A DNA stretch of 64,000 bases, from positions 64,001 through 128,000 of the forward strand of contig CAVVEU010000008.1 in the NCBI GenBank assembly GCA_963747235.1, given 5' to 3'. The stretch is from an uncultured Candidatus Rokubacteria bacterium (GTDB lineage: Bacteria; Methylomirabilota; Methylomirabilia; Rokubacteriales; CSP1-6). The position numbers and the translations under genes were made by a program. Each line of letters begins with the position of its first letter. Position 1 is the first letter of the stretch. The notes below the pieces were generated by a model. It made no database searches. It was not told where the DNA came from and saw nothing but the letters and a program-made list of their open reading frames with translations. Below are positions 49,478-60,055 of the stretch, in pieces.

Positions 49478-51049
49478 GTGATCGAGAGCGTTCTCGGGCT
49501 GGGCATCGGGTTCCAGCACGCGCTGCAGCCGCTGAACCTGGGCATGATCGCGCTCGGCCTGGTCATCGGCATCCTGGCCGGCGCGCTGCCCGGCATCACC
49601 ATGCTCAACTCCATCGTGCTGGTGCTGCCGTTCACCTACCTGATGGGCATCGTCCCCGCGCTGCTGCTGATGATCGGCGTCTACTGCGGCGGCGTCTTCG
49701 GGGGCTCGATCACCGGCATCCTGTTCAACATCCCGGGCGATCCCATGAACGTGCCCACGACCTGGGAGGGCTACCAGCTCAGCCAGCAGGGGCGCACCCA
49801 GTACGCGCTCGGGCTGGCCATCATGTCCTCCGCGGTGGGCGGGCTGGTGAGCGCGCTCTTCCTGGCCTTCTTCGCGCCGCCCTTCGCGCGCTTCGCGCTG
49901 ACGCTCTCGAGCGTGGAGTTCTTCTCGGTGGTGGTGTTCGGCCTGGCCGGCGTCTCGGTGCTGAACCAGTCCTCGCTGCCCGCCGCGCTGATCTCGCTCT
50001 TCGCGGGCATGTTCCTCGGCACCATCGGCACCGAGGCCCAGTACGGCGTCGAGCGCTTCGTCTTCGGCGTGCCGTTCCTCACCACCGGGGTGGACTTCGT
50101 CACCGTGCTGATCGGCCTCTTCGCCATCGGCGAGGTGCTGGAGCAGATCGTCACCGCCCAGCCGGGGGTGGCCACCGCCCGCGGCCAGACGCGCACCGTG
50201 CCCCGGCTGCCGCTGCTCGATCTCTGGCCGCTGCGCTGGCCGCTGGCCCGCGGCACGCTGGTGGGCATCGCGGTGGGCGGCCTCGCGGGGGCGGGGGCCA
50301 CCGTCTCGTCCTTCGTGTCCTACGGGCTCGAGAAGCAGTTCTCGAAGACGCCCGAGCTCTTCGGCCGCGGCCACGCGGGGGCCCTCGTCGCCTCCGAGAG
50401 CAGCGTGAACGGCTCCACCGGCGGCGCCATGATCCATCTCCTCACGCTCGGCATCCCGGGCAGCGCGGCCACCGCGGTGATGATGGGCGCGTTTCTCATC
50501 CACGGCATCCAGCCCGGGCCGCTGCTCTTCACGAAGCAGCCCGAGCAGGTCTACACGCTCTTCGCGGGGATGATCCTGGCCAATATCCTGATGGTGGCCT
50601 TCGGGTTCCTGGCCGCGATCTTCTTCGCCACGCTGATGCGCGTGCCCGCGCCCATCCTGAACACGCTGATCGTGGTCTTCTGCTTCATCGGGGCGTTCGC
50701 GCTGCGCAACGACATGGCCGACGTCTGGCTGACGATGCTCTTCGGGGTGATCGGCTTCTTCATGCGCCGCTACGACCTGCCGATCCCGCCGCTGGTCATG
50801 GGCGTGATCCTGGGCCCGATGGCCGAGCAGTACTTCCTCACCAGCATGGTCGCGCACGGCAATGACCTGACCGTGTTCGTGACGCGCCCGGTGAGCGCGG
50901 TGATCCTGGGCCTGGCGGTGCTGCTGGTGCTGGCCCCGTCGCTCAGGCGGCTTCGGCGAGGAGCCCCGTATTCTGCACCGAATGAATGGTCAGGTGCCAC
51001 TCGCGAGACACCGCCACCCCACGTTCGAGCAGGGGGACGGCGTGGCTGA
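49478..51049 (+). CDS. tctA: Tripartite tricarboxylate transporter large subunit
   Basis: GALPG, GGSITGILFNIPG, GLFAIGE, LTLGIPGS, G..LGP. Confidence 0.92.
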   Translation: MIESVLGLGIGFQHALQPLNLGMIALGLVIGILAGALPGITMLNSIVLVLPFTYLMGIVPALLLMIGVYCGGVFGGSITGILFNIPGDPMNVPTTWEGYQLSQQGRTQYALGLAIMSSAVGGLVSALFLAFFAPPFARFALTLSSVEFFSVVVFGLAGVSVLNQSSLPAALISLFAGMFLGTIGTEAQYGVERFVFGVPFLTTGVDFVTVLIGLFAIGEVLEQIVTAQPGVATARGQTRTVPRLPLLDLWPLRWPLARGTLVGIAVGGLAGAGATVSSFVSYGLEKQFSKTPELFGRGHAGALVASESSVNGSTGGAMIHLLTLGIPGSAATAVMMGAFLIHGIQPGPLLFTKQPEQVYTLFAGMILANILMVAFGFLAAIFFATLMRVPAPILNTLIVVFCFIGAFALRNDMADVWLTMLFGVIGFFMRRYDLPIPPLVMGVILGPMAEQYFLTSMVAHGNDLTVFVTRPVSAVILGLAVLLVLAPSLRRLRRGAPYSAPNEWSGATRETPPPHVRAGGRRG

Positions 51050-51937
51050 GTTCGCCCTTGATGATATGGAGAGGGGCGAGTGTCCAGGACGCGAAGGTCA
51101 GGCTGTAGGGGTGATCGAGCGCCTCAGCGAGGCGGAGGCCTTCCTGGCCGTGGACGATCTTCCTGGAACTCTCCCCGATCGGCGAAACCCCCAAGTCAAA
51201 TAGCCGCGGGCCATCACCGCAGGAAGTCCGGCGAGGCCAAAGCGTTCCCGGCTCCGATCACCTTCAAGCAGCTGCAGGACCTTTCTGAGAAGATCCTCGG
51301 CCCGCCGATAGTCGCCCGTCCAGAGGCAGGCACGCCGAGGTAGAGACTTCCCGTTACCTGGAGCGGAACATCCCCAAGCGACTCGGCAAGAACCTGGGCG
51401 TTTTGGCCGAACTCGAGCGCTTCCGTGGGATGACCAGTTATCCAGAGGTGGGCATAGAGTGGGACCGCTCCGTCAGCTGAAGACTCGATCGGCTCCGGCA
51501 AGCCCTTGACGGCGATCGGCCCGAGCGACCGCGACCTGGACGTAGCCCTCGGCGAGCTGCAGGTCTCGGCGGTGAGCCGCATGGTGCCGGGCGCCGCAGC
51601 TGCTCCATGCGGCAGCGAGGTGCGTCGTCTGGCCCACGGCGGTGTAGTCCATGCGGAGATCGCTGCCGATGGCGCGGACGACGACCTCTCCGGAGTTGAG
51701 CGCCGACGCGGATCTGCACGTCCACCCCGTGCGAGCGAAAGCACGCTCATCAGCGTAGCTGCTGGACGACTCCTGCATCCGCAGCGCGGCGTAGCACGCG
51801 CGCACCGCGTGGTCTTCGTGCGCGAGCGGCGCGCCGAACAGCGCCATGATGCCGTCGCCCATGACCTGGTTGACGTGCCCTCGTAGCGATGGACGGCCTC
51901 CATCATGCGCTCGAGGACGGGGTCGAGAATCTTGCGC
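50960..51937 (-). pseudogene. Decayed class III adenylate/guanylate cyclase-TPR gene (no start, central ATPase region missing)
   Basis: Fragments RKILDPVLERMMEAVHRYEG, VNQVMGDGIMALFGAP..EDHAVRAC, NSGEVVV, YTAVGQTTHLA, VKGLPEP, then TPR-like AESLGDVPLQ and AEALDHPYSL, in shifting frames. Confidence 0.8.
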
Positions 51938-53089
51938 GGGGCCGCCTGAGCAGCGGCAACGCCAGCGCGGCCGCGAGCACGCCCTGGGCCAGCGCGGCCA
52001 GGCGCCATGCCCTGGTAGCCGCCGCTGCCGATGGCGGCGGCGCCCACCGCGGAGCCGATCACGAGGCCGCTCTGGTTGGTGAGCGCGATGAGCCCGAAGA
52101 GCGCGCCGCGCTGGCGGGGCGCCAGCTCGGAGCCGTAGGCCAGGAAGGCCGGGCGGCTCGCCGAGTTGCAGAGGGTCAACAATGTTGCGAGGACCACGAC
52201 CGGCGCGAACGAGAGCCCCGCGCCGAAGAGGGCCAGGCCGAGGCCCGCGCTGATGATCTGGGCGATCACGAAGATCCCGGGCTTGTTGAAGCGATCCCCG
52301 AGCCGGCCGCCCAGCACGTTGCCCGCGATCGCCCCGATCGCGACCAGCGACCAGCACCGGCGCCACGCCCACCGCGCTCAGGCGAAAGCTCAGCATGACG
52401 AAGGCGGGCAGGAAGATCACCACCATGGCGAAGAGCGAGCGCTCCATGAGGTTCGCGCCGAGCAGGTTCAGCAGGCGCGGCACGCCCCAGACCGCCTTGT
52501 ACGTGGCCATCACGCTGGTGCCGGAGGCCATCGGCGCGATGCGGGGGAACCAGCGCCACACGCACCCGGCCAGCAGCAGCATCACGAGGCCGATGGCCGC
52601 GAACGCCCAGCGCCAGCCGAACGCGCCGCCGACCGCGCCCATCACCGGTACGCCGCCGATCGCCGCGAAGCTGAAGCCCATGTTGAACCAGCCCATGGCG
52701 CGGGCTCGGCGCTCGGCCGGGAAGAGATCGCCCACCGAGGCCATGAGGCTGGTGGGCGCGAGCGAGCCCAGCAGCCCGGCCAGGAAGCGCACCACCACCA
52801 GGGCGGTGAAGCTCGGCGCCAGCGCGGCGGCGATGCTCAGCACGGCCACGCTGACGAACGCGGCGATGATCATCGGCTTGCGTCCGAGCCGATCCGACAG
52901 CAGGCCCGAGAACGGCGAGAACAGCGCCTGCGGCACGCCGGCCGCGGCGGCCAGCAATCCCGCCTGGCCCAGCGAGATCCCCAGGTCCCGCGAGATGTCC
53001 ACGAGCAGCGGCCCGATCATCGTCACCGACGTGACGATTCCGGTCACGCCCGCGGTGATCAGGATCATGGGGTCAGGTCTTACATTCAT
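51903..53089 (-). CDS. MFS transporter (frameshifts near 52350 and 52000)
   Basis: GLLSDRLGRK motif A, RARAMG, GWRWAF, GRLGDRF. Confidence 0.85.
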
Positions 53090-53955
53090 ACATTTCCGGC
53101 GATCCAGCCCTCGCTCTCGCGGGCGGTGCGCTCTTCGTCGTCGGTGAGATCGGCCGGCCGGGCGAGGGAACGCCCGAGCGCATCGGGCGCGTCCAGCGCC
53201 CAGTCGCGGACCGCGGCGACCTGGCATTGATCCTTGATCGGGTAGGGCTGATCGCGGCAGTCGATCAGGCTCGGCCAGAGCTCGGCGATCACGATGCTGT
53301 CGCGCTCCACCGCTGCGTCCCACGCGGTCTCGAACGGCCAGAGCCGCGCGCGCGACCCGAGCGCCGGGTCCGTGAGCAGGCGGTGGACGGCGGGCAGGCC
53401 CACCAGCGTTTGCGAGCCGACCGAGGCGCGCGTGAAGAGCTTCCACGGGCTCTGGATGCGCCGCGACGCCAGCCGGCGCTCGACCAGCCGGCCGTCGCTG
53501 ATGCGCGGCGGGAAGGGGCGCGGCCTCGTCGGGCTCAGGTGCGGATACACGTGATTTGCGGGATGGCCCCAGAACGGGCCATCGAAGTCCCCGCCGAACG
53601 CGGCCTGGATCTCGCGGTTCAGGACCCCGGCGACCTCGAACCGATTGTTCGCGCCGTCGGGCTCGTCGCGGATCAGGCCGTCCAGCTTGGCGCAGAGCGC
53701 GCGGCCGGCGGGGAGTCCCGCGTCGGCCGGATAGCCGAACGCGAAGTCGAAGCCCACGAAGGCCGCGCCAGGCTCGCCCACGAGCAGGCCGAAGATGAAG
53801 CCTTCCGCCTCGAGCCGGGTGCGGAAGTAGCGGGGCGCGGGTCGAGGCTCGCCGGCGCGGCCCCACGCGACCCAGCAGCGGTCCCGCGCGGGCTTCGCCG
53901 GGCCCCGCGTCGAGGCCGCCGACCAGTCCGCGACGACGACCAGCCGGAAGCTCAG
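53086..53955 (-). CDS. DUF429-like / RNase H-fold hypothetical protein (start uncertain)
   Basis: VADWSAA, GFDFAFGYP, R.VE, VGSQ...G, WPFET, AELWP, EGWI. Confidence 0.6.
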   Translation of the reverse strand: MSFRLVVVADWSAASTRGPAKPARDRCWVAWGRAGEPRPAPRYFRTRLEAEGFIFGLLVGEPGAAFVGFDFAFGYPADAGLPAGRALCAKLDGLIRDEPDGANNRFEVAGVLNREIQAAFGGDFDGPFWGHPANHVYPHLSPTRPRPFPPRISDGRLVERRLASRRIQSPWKLFTRASVGSQTLVGLPAVHRLLTDPALGSRARLWPFETAWDAAVERDSIVIAELWPSLIDCRDQPYPIKDQCQVAAVRDWALDAPDALGRSLARPADLTDDEERTARESEGWIAGNV

Positions 53956-54983
53956 GGCGTGAGGACGATCTTGCCGAACTGCTTGCCCTCCGCGAGGCGT
54001 CGCTGCGCCTCGACGCCGTCCTTGAGCGGCATCACCGTGTCCACGATGGCCCGCAGCCGCCCCGCGAAGAGCTGGCCCATGACCGTGTTGAACTCGGCGT
54101 CGTTCGACATCGTGGAGCCGATGATCGAGAGCTGCTTCCAGAACACGAGCCGGATGTCGGTCTCGGCGATCGGGCCCGAGGTGGCCCCGCAGGTGACGAT
54201 GCGCCCGCCCTTGGCCACGGTGCGGATCGCGCCCTTCCAGGTGGCGGCGCCCACGTTCTCCAGGATCACGTCCACCCCGCGCCGGCCCGTCTTCTGGCCG
54301 ATCACCTTGACCCAGTCCTCCTTCGCGTAGTTGATGCACTCGTCGGCGCCCAGGGCCCGCGCGCGCTCGAGCTTCTCGTCGCTGGAGGAGGTGACCCACA
54401 CGCGCGCGCCGCAGAGCTTGCCGATCTGCACCGCGGTGGACGACACGCCGCCGCCCACGCCGAGGATCAGCAGGTCCTCGCCCGGCGCGCAGCCGCGCCT
54501 GGGTGACCAGCATGCGCCAGGCGGTCATGTTCACGAGGATGAAGGCCGCCGCGTCCTCGTAGCGGATCGCGGCCGGGCAGCGGGAGGACGTGACGCGCGT
54601 CCACCTTCACGTACTCGGCGAGGCCCGCCGTGGGTGTGCTCGCCCAGGATGCCGTACTTCACGCACATGCTGTGCTCGCCGCGCCGGCAGTACTCGCAGC
54701 GGCCACACGAGAGGTTCGGGTTCACCGCGACGCGATCGCCCACCTTGACGTCCCGCACCGCCGCGCCCACCTGGGCCACGTCGCCCGCGATGTCGCAGCC
54801 GGTCCAGAAGGGCAGGGGCAGGGTGAGGCCGGGCAGGCCCTCGCGGACGAAGAGATCGAGGTGGTTCAGCGCCACCGCGCGCACGCGGACCAGGACGTCG
54901 CCCGCGCCGATCGCCGGGTCCGCGACGTCCTGGTACCGGAGCCTGTCGAGCCCGCCGTGCTCCTGGAAGGCGAGCGCCTTCAA
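53952..54983 (-). CDS. Zinc-binding alcohol dehydrogenase / quinone oxidoreductase family protein (frameshifts near 54490-54630)
   Basis: ALNHLD, GCDIAG, CGRCEYC..GEHSMC structural zinc site, GVGGGVS, CGATSG, FGKIVL; TTG start. Confidence 0.87.
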
Positions 54984-56220
54984 GCGGCGCCGAGTCCCGC
55001 CTTCGGCGCGTTCACCAGCACCGCCATGTTGCCGTAGGGGTGCTTGTTGTCGAGCATGAGCTGGTGGCACTCGGGCAGCTCGTCGAAGCCGTAGGTCTGC
55101 GAGAGGCACGGGTCCACCTTGCCCGCGTCCACCAGGCGTCGTCACCGCCAGCGCCTGCTGATCGTTCGAGAGGTGGCTGCCCTGGAAGCGCTTCTGGCGC
55201 ATCCAGTGATAGCGCAGATCGAGCGTGACGTTGTAGCCGGTGGTGCCCGCGCAGATCACGATCATGCCGCCGGTGCCGCAGACGAACTCGGAGGTGGGCA
55301 GGGTGGCCTCGCCCGGATGCTCGAAGACGATACGCGGACTCACCCGCTCGCCGAGGGCGTCCCAGATCGCCTTGCCGAAGGCGCGCGCGCCCTTGGCCCA
55401 GTTGCCGTAGGCCTTGCCGTCCTTCGTGTCGGGCATCACGCCCCAGTGATCGAACTGCGAGCGATTGATGACCCCGACCGCGCCGTGGTCCATGCAGAAC
55501 TTCTTCTTGGCGTCGTCGGAGACCACCGCGATGGCGCGGCCGCCCTGCGCGCGGACGATCTCGAGCGCGAGGCTGCCGAGGCCGCCGGTGGCGCCCCAGA
55601 CCAGCACCACGTCGCCCTTCTCGACGGTGTGCGGCTCCCAGCCCATCAGCATGCGGTAGGCGGTGGAGGCGCAGAGGAGGAAGCAGCCCGAGGCCTCCCA
55701 GGTGAGCCGCTTGGGCTTGGCGATGCACTGGTGCGCCTGGGCGCGGGCGAACTGGCAGTAGCTGCCGTAGTTGGTCTGGTAGCCCCAGATGCGGGTGGAC
55801 TCGGCCAGCATCGGGTCCTTGCCGGAGAGCACCCACGGATCGTCCGGGCCGCCACCAGCCGCTGTGCACGATGACCTCGTCGCCGACCTTGACGTGCTTG
55901 ACGTCCTTGCCCGTCGCCCACACGATGCCGGAGCAGTCGCTGCCGCCCGCGTGGAAGTCCTCCGGCTCGCCCAGCTTCAGGCGCTCCGCGATGACGTCGA
56001 GGGGCTGGCCGAGCGCGGCCCACACGTTGTTGTAGTTGATGCCCGAGGCCATCACGTAGATCAGCACCTCGTCGGGGCCGATGGTGGGCGTGGGCAGCAC
56101 CTCGCGCTTCCACGCGTCGCGCGGCTGGCCGAAGCGGTTCTGCCGGACCGCGAACGCGTGCATCCGCTTCGGGACTTCTCCGAGCGGCGGCTTGTCACCC
56201 AGGTCGTAGAGATCTGCCAT
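54980..56220 (-). CDS. ccr: Crotonyl-CoA carboxylase/reductase family protein (frameshifts near 55848 and 55138)
   Basis: [76 protein letters not shown]. Confidence 0.9.
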
Positions 56221-56234
56221 GAAGGCCTCCGGGC

Positions 56235-57044
56235 CTATCGGCCCTTGAAGTTGGCGCGCTTCCGCTCGGCGGCGGCCTTGAGGCCCGCCTTGCGGTCCTC
56301 GGAGAGGAGCGGGCCCGAGCATTGCGCCGTCTCCCAGTCGAGCCACGCGCCGAGGTCGCCGTAGTAGGTGCCGTTGATCGCCCGCTTCGCGGCCTGCACC
56401 GCGAGCGGCGCGTTGGCCGCGATCTCGCCGGCCAGCTCGGCCACGCGCGCCTGCAGCTCACCCGCCGGGTACACCGCCTGCACGAGCCCGATGCGGAGCG
56501 CCTCCGCGGCGTCGAAGCGCCGGGCGGAGTAGATCAGCTCCTTGGCCTTCCCGATGCCGACCGTGCGCGGCAGCCGCTGCGTGCCGCCCATGTCGGGCAC
56601 GAGGCCGAGCTGCACCTCCGGGATCGAGAAGAGCGTGCCCTCGGCGGCCAGGCGCACGTCGCAGCAGAGCGCCAGCTCGAGGCCCGCGCCCATGCACGCG
56701 CGCTGGATGGCGCCGATGACCGGCACCCGGAGCGCCTCCACCGCGGAGAAGGACGCCTGGTGCCCCGCCAGGTGCTGGCGGATGCGGTCCAGCGCCTGGC
56801 CGGGCGACATGTCCTCCAGCGCGGTGGTGAGCGTCGAGCCCGCCTTCACGTCGAGGCCCGCGCAGAAGCAGCCGCCCGCGCCCATCAGGACGGCCACGCG
56901 CACGTCGGGCGCCGCGTCCACCACCTTGCAGGCCTCGCCGATGCCGTGCCACATCTCGTTGTCGAGCGCGTTCAGCCGCTCGGGCTTGTTCAGCATGATG
57001 GTGGCGACGTCGCCCTTGATCTCCACCTGCACCTTGTCGGTCAT
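56235..57044 (-). CDS. Enoyl-CoA hydratase/isomerase family protein
   Basis: [41 protein letters not shown]. Confidence 0.92.
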   Translation of the reverse strand: MTDKVQVEIKGDVATIMLNKPERLNALDNEMWHGIGEACKVVDAAPDVRVAVLMGAGGCFCAGLDVKAGSTLTTALEDMSPGQALDRIRQHLAGHQASFSAVEALRVPVIGAIQRACMGAGLELALCCDVRLAAEGTLFSIPEVQLGLVPDMGGTQRLPRTVGIGKAKELIYSARRFDAAEALRIGLVQAVYPAGELQARVAELAGEIAANAPLAVQAAKRAINGTYYGDLGAWLDWETAQCSGPLLSEDRKAGLKAAAERKRANFKGR

Positions 57045-57055
57045 CAGTGGCCCCT

Positions 57056-58072
57056 CTATCCATTGAACGCCCGCACCATCGCGGGCAGGCGCGGATCGTT
57101 GACGTTCGGCTGGTACGGCTGATAGAGCCCGGTGCGATCGAGCAGGCCCTGGTAGCGCTCCATGATCTTCGCGTGCAGGTTCTCGTAGGTCGCGGTCACC
57201 GCGTAGGTGTCGAGCATCTCGTCGGTGATGAGATCGGCCATGCCCTGCCAGTCGCCCTCCACCGACTTGCGGTGGAGCTGGCCCGTGACGGCCTCCCAGC
57301 CGTGCGCGGCCAGCACCGGCTGGTAGGTGCGCGTGGAGCCGTAGAAGGCGATCTGCTGCTTCACGGTCTGGGCCTGCGCGGCCCGCTCCTTCTCGGTGTC
57401 GCCCACCACCACGAAGGTGGCCGTCGCGTAGGTGAAGTCCTTGCGCGAGCGCCCGGAGCGCTTCAGCCCTTCCTCCACCGCGGGGTGCACGATCTCGCGG
57501 AGGTACTTCGGCGAGTTGAACGGGTGCACGTGCATGCCGTCGCACAGCTCGCCCGCGATGCGGCACATGAGCGGATTCACCGCCGCGATGTAGATCGGGA
57601 TCTTCGGGTGATCGATGGGCCCCGGGTTGAAGAAGGGCGTCATGACGTCGAAGGTGTAGAACTGCCCCTTGAAGGCGAGCTTGGTGCCGTTCTGCCAGCA
57701 GTCCCAGATGGTGCGGATGGCGCGGATGGCCTCCGCCATCTTGGGCCCGGGCGACTCGAACTTCACCGAGAAGCGCCGCTCGTTGTGCGCCTTCACCTGG
57801 GTGCCGAGCCCGAGCGTGAAGCGCCCGGCCGAGGCCTTCTGCAGGTCCCAGGCGATGTGCGCGGTGATCATGGGGCTGCGCGAGAACACCGTCGCGATGT
57901 TGGTGCCGAGCTTGATGCGCGAGGTCGAGGTCGCGGCCACCGCGACCGGCAGGTACGGATCGTGCTGGGTCTCCGACGACCAGAGGCAGTCATAGCCCAT
58001 GGCCTCGACCTTCCGGGCATAGTCGGGGAGGCTCTTGAGATCGTGGGTCAGCATGGACACGTCGAGCTTCAC
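57056..58072 (-). CDS. LLM-class F420-dependent oxidoreductase (TIGR03617-like)
   Basis: ETQHDPY, F.RSPM..A..AWDLQ..S.GRF.LGLGTQVKAHNERRF, FYGSTRTY. Confidence 0.88.
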   Translation of the reverse strand: MKLDVSMLTHDLKSLPDYARKVEAMGYDCLWSSETQHDPYLPVAVAATSTSRIKLGTNIATVFSRSPMITAHIAWDLQKASAGRFTLGLGTQVKAHNERRFSVKFESPGPKMAEAIRAIRTIWDCWQNGTKLAFKGQFYTFDVMTPFFNPGPIDHPKIPIYIAAVNPLMCRIAGELCDGMHVHPFNSPKYLREIVHPAVEEGLKRSGRSRKDFTYATATFVVVGDTEKERAAQAQTVKQQIAFYGSTRTYQPVLAAHGWEAVTGQLHRKSVEGDWQGMADLITDEMLDTYAVTATYENLHAKIMERYQGLLDRTGLYQPYQPNVNDPRLPAMVRAFNG

Positions 58073-58135
58073 GGGCGTTCTCCTCGCTCGGGGTTCGGCC
58101 AGAAGCATACCTTACTTGAGGGGTATAACCATACG

Positions 58136-59361
58136 GTGCCCCTCTACCGCGGCTGGTCCGTCGTCATCGCCTGCGGCATCCTCGCGAGCTTCTCCTGGGG
58201 CCTCGGCTTCTACGGCCTGGGCGTCTATCTCCACGCCCTCAACCACCTGCACGGCTGGTCCACGGGCCTGATCTCGGTCGCGGTGACCGTCTACTACTCG
58301 CTCAGCGCCGGCTGCCTCGTGGTGGTCGGCGGCCTCATCGACCGCCACGGGCCGCGCGGCGTGCTGACCTACGGCGTCGCTGACGATGGCCGCGGCGGTG
58401 GCGCTCCTCGGCGTGATCACGGCGCCCTGGCAGCTCTTCGTCGTCTACGTGGTGATGGCCACGTCGTGGTCGTGTCTCAGCTCCACCGGGCTCAGCAGCA
58501 CGCTGCTGCCCTGGTTCGGCCGCCGCCAGGGCCTCGCGATGACGCTGGCCCTGACCGGCGCCAGCGTGGGCGGCATGGTGCTGGTGCCGATCCTGGTCGC
58601 GCTGGCGCAAACGTCACGGCTTCCGGTACGCCACGACGGCCGTGAGCGTGGCCTTGCTCGCGATCGGCCTCCCCCTCGTCTGGCTGGTGATCGGCGGGCG
58701 CCCGACCCCCGCGCAGGTGGCGGTCGAGCTCTGCCGCGACGGCGAATCCGAAGCGCCGGCCGAGGGCACGCTGCAGTCGAAGGTGTGGACGCGGCAGGAG
58801 GTCCTGCGCGTGCCGCTACTCTGGACGCTGATGGTGCCCTTCGCGCTGGCGCTGGCCGCCCAGGTCGGCTTCCTCGTCCACCAGATCAGCGTGCTCGAGC
58901 CCTACCTGGGCGAGAGCCACGCCGCGCTGACGGTGAGCGCGACCACCGTGGCCGCGCTGCTCGGCCGCATCGCCATCGGCGTGCTCTCGGACCGCGTGAA
59001 CCTGCGCAAGCTCTCCGCGGTCAACATCGGCGCCCAGGGCGTGGCGCTCGCGGTGATGGCCGCGTGGCCGTCGCCGACCGTGCTGGTGGCCGCCAGCCTG
59101 GTCTTCGGCCTGGGCGTCGGCAACCTCATCACGTTCCCGCCGCTGCTCGCCCGCGAGGAGTTCGGCCAGCGCTCGTTCGGCACCGTGTTCGGCCTGGTGG
59201 GCGCGGCGACGCAGGCCGGGGTCGCGCTCGGCCCGGGCCTGATGGGGCTGCTGCACGACCTGCTCGGGAGCTATCAGACCGCGCTGTGGTGCCTGGTGGC
59301 GCTCGAGGGGATCGCCGCGGTCTCCGTCCTCGGGGGCCGGGCCCTCCGCGACGATCCGTGA
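58136..59361 (+). CDS. MFS transporter (frameshifts near 58380 and 58615)
   Basis: YRGW.V, GGLIDRHGPR, WF.RRQGLA, GRIAIG.LSDR, EFG. Confidence 0.85.
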
Positions 59362-59387
59362 TATACCCCTCCGCAAGGGAGGGCGCC

Positions 59388-60054
59388 ATGGCCAGGAAGG
59401 GCACCGGGCTTCTGATGGTGTGGGCGGACGTGCCGGCGAACAAGGAAGACGAGTTCAACCGCTGGTACAACGAGGAGCATCTGCCGGAGCGCATGGCGAT
59501 CCCCGGCTTCCTGAGCGGGGCCCGGTACGAGGCCGTGAAGGGCGGGCCGAAGCACCTCGCCTACTATGAGCTGGAGAGCGCGGCGGTGCTGGAGACCCCG
59601 GCCTACAAGAAGGTCCAGGCCAATCCCACCGAGTGGACGAAGCGGTCCGGGCCGGGGACCATCGCCACGACGTTCATCCGGAACGTCTACACGCATGATC
59701 CATCCCCAGGCGATCACGCCGGCCATCGCGGGCGCCCCGATGGCGCCGGTGCTCCAGATCGGCCGCATGAGCGTGCCGCCCGCCGTCGATGCCGCGTTCA
59801 ACACCTGGTACAGCACGGTCTACGTGCCGAACTACGAGAAGGTGCCCGGGGTGATCCGCGGCCGGCGCTACCGCGCGGTGGAGGGCACGCCGACCTATCT
59901 GACGCTCTACGAGTTCGAGCACCCCAAGGTCTCGGAGAGCCCCGCGTGGATGGCCCAGCGCGACGCCGTGCCGGCGAACGAGCAGATGCGGAAGAACATG
60001 ACGCACGCGCCCGGCTCGCCGGGGGTCTACGTCAAGACGGTCGAGCTGAAGTAG
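59388..60054 (+). CDS. Tandem dimeric alpha-beta barrel (DUF4286/EthD-like) protein (frameshift near 59693)
   Basis: Two repeats of FN.WY...[HY].P....PG....RY and [HY]L..YE. Confidence 0.78.
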
Positions 60055-60055
60055 C

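Noticed and set aside
53086-54534. Apparent dehydrogenase-DUF429 fusion, and the similar 38083-40374 lipoprotein-Nnr ORF
   Set aside because: The upstream parts are out-of-frame read-through of neighbouring genes that have their own stops.
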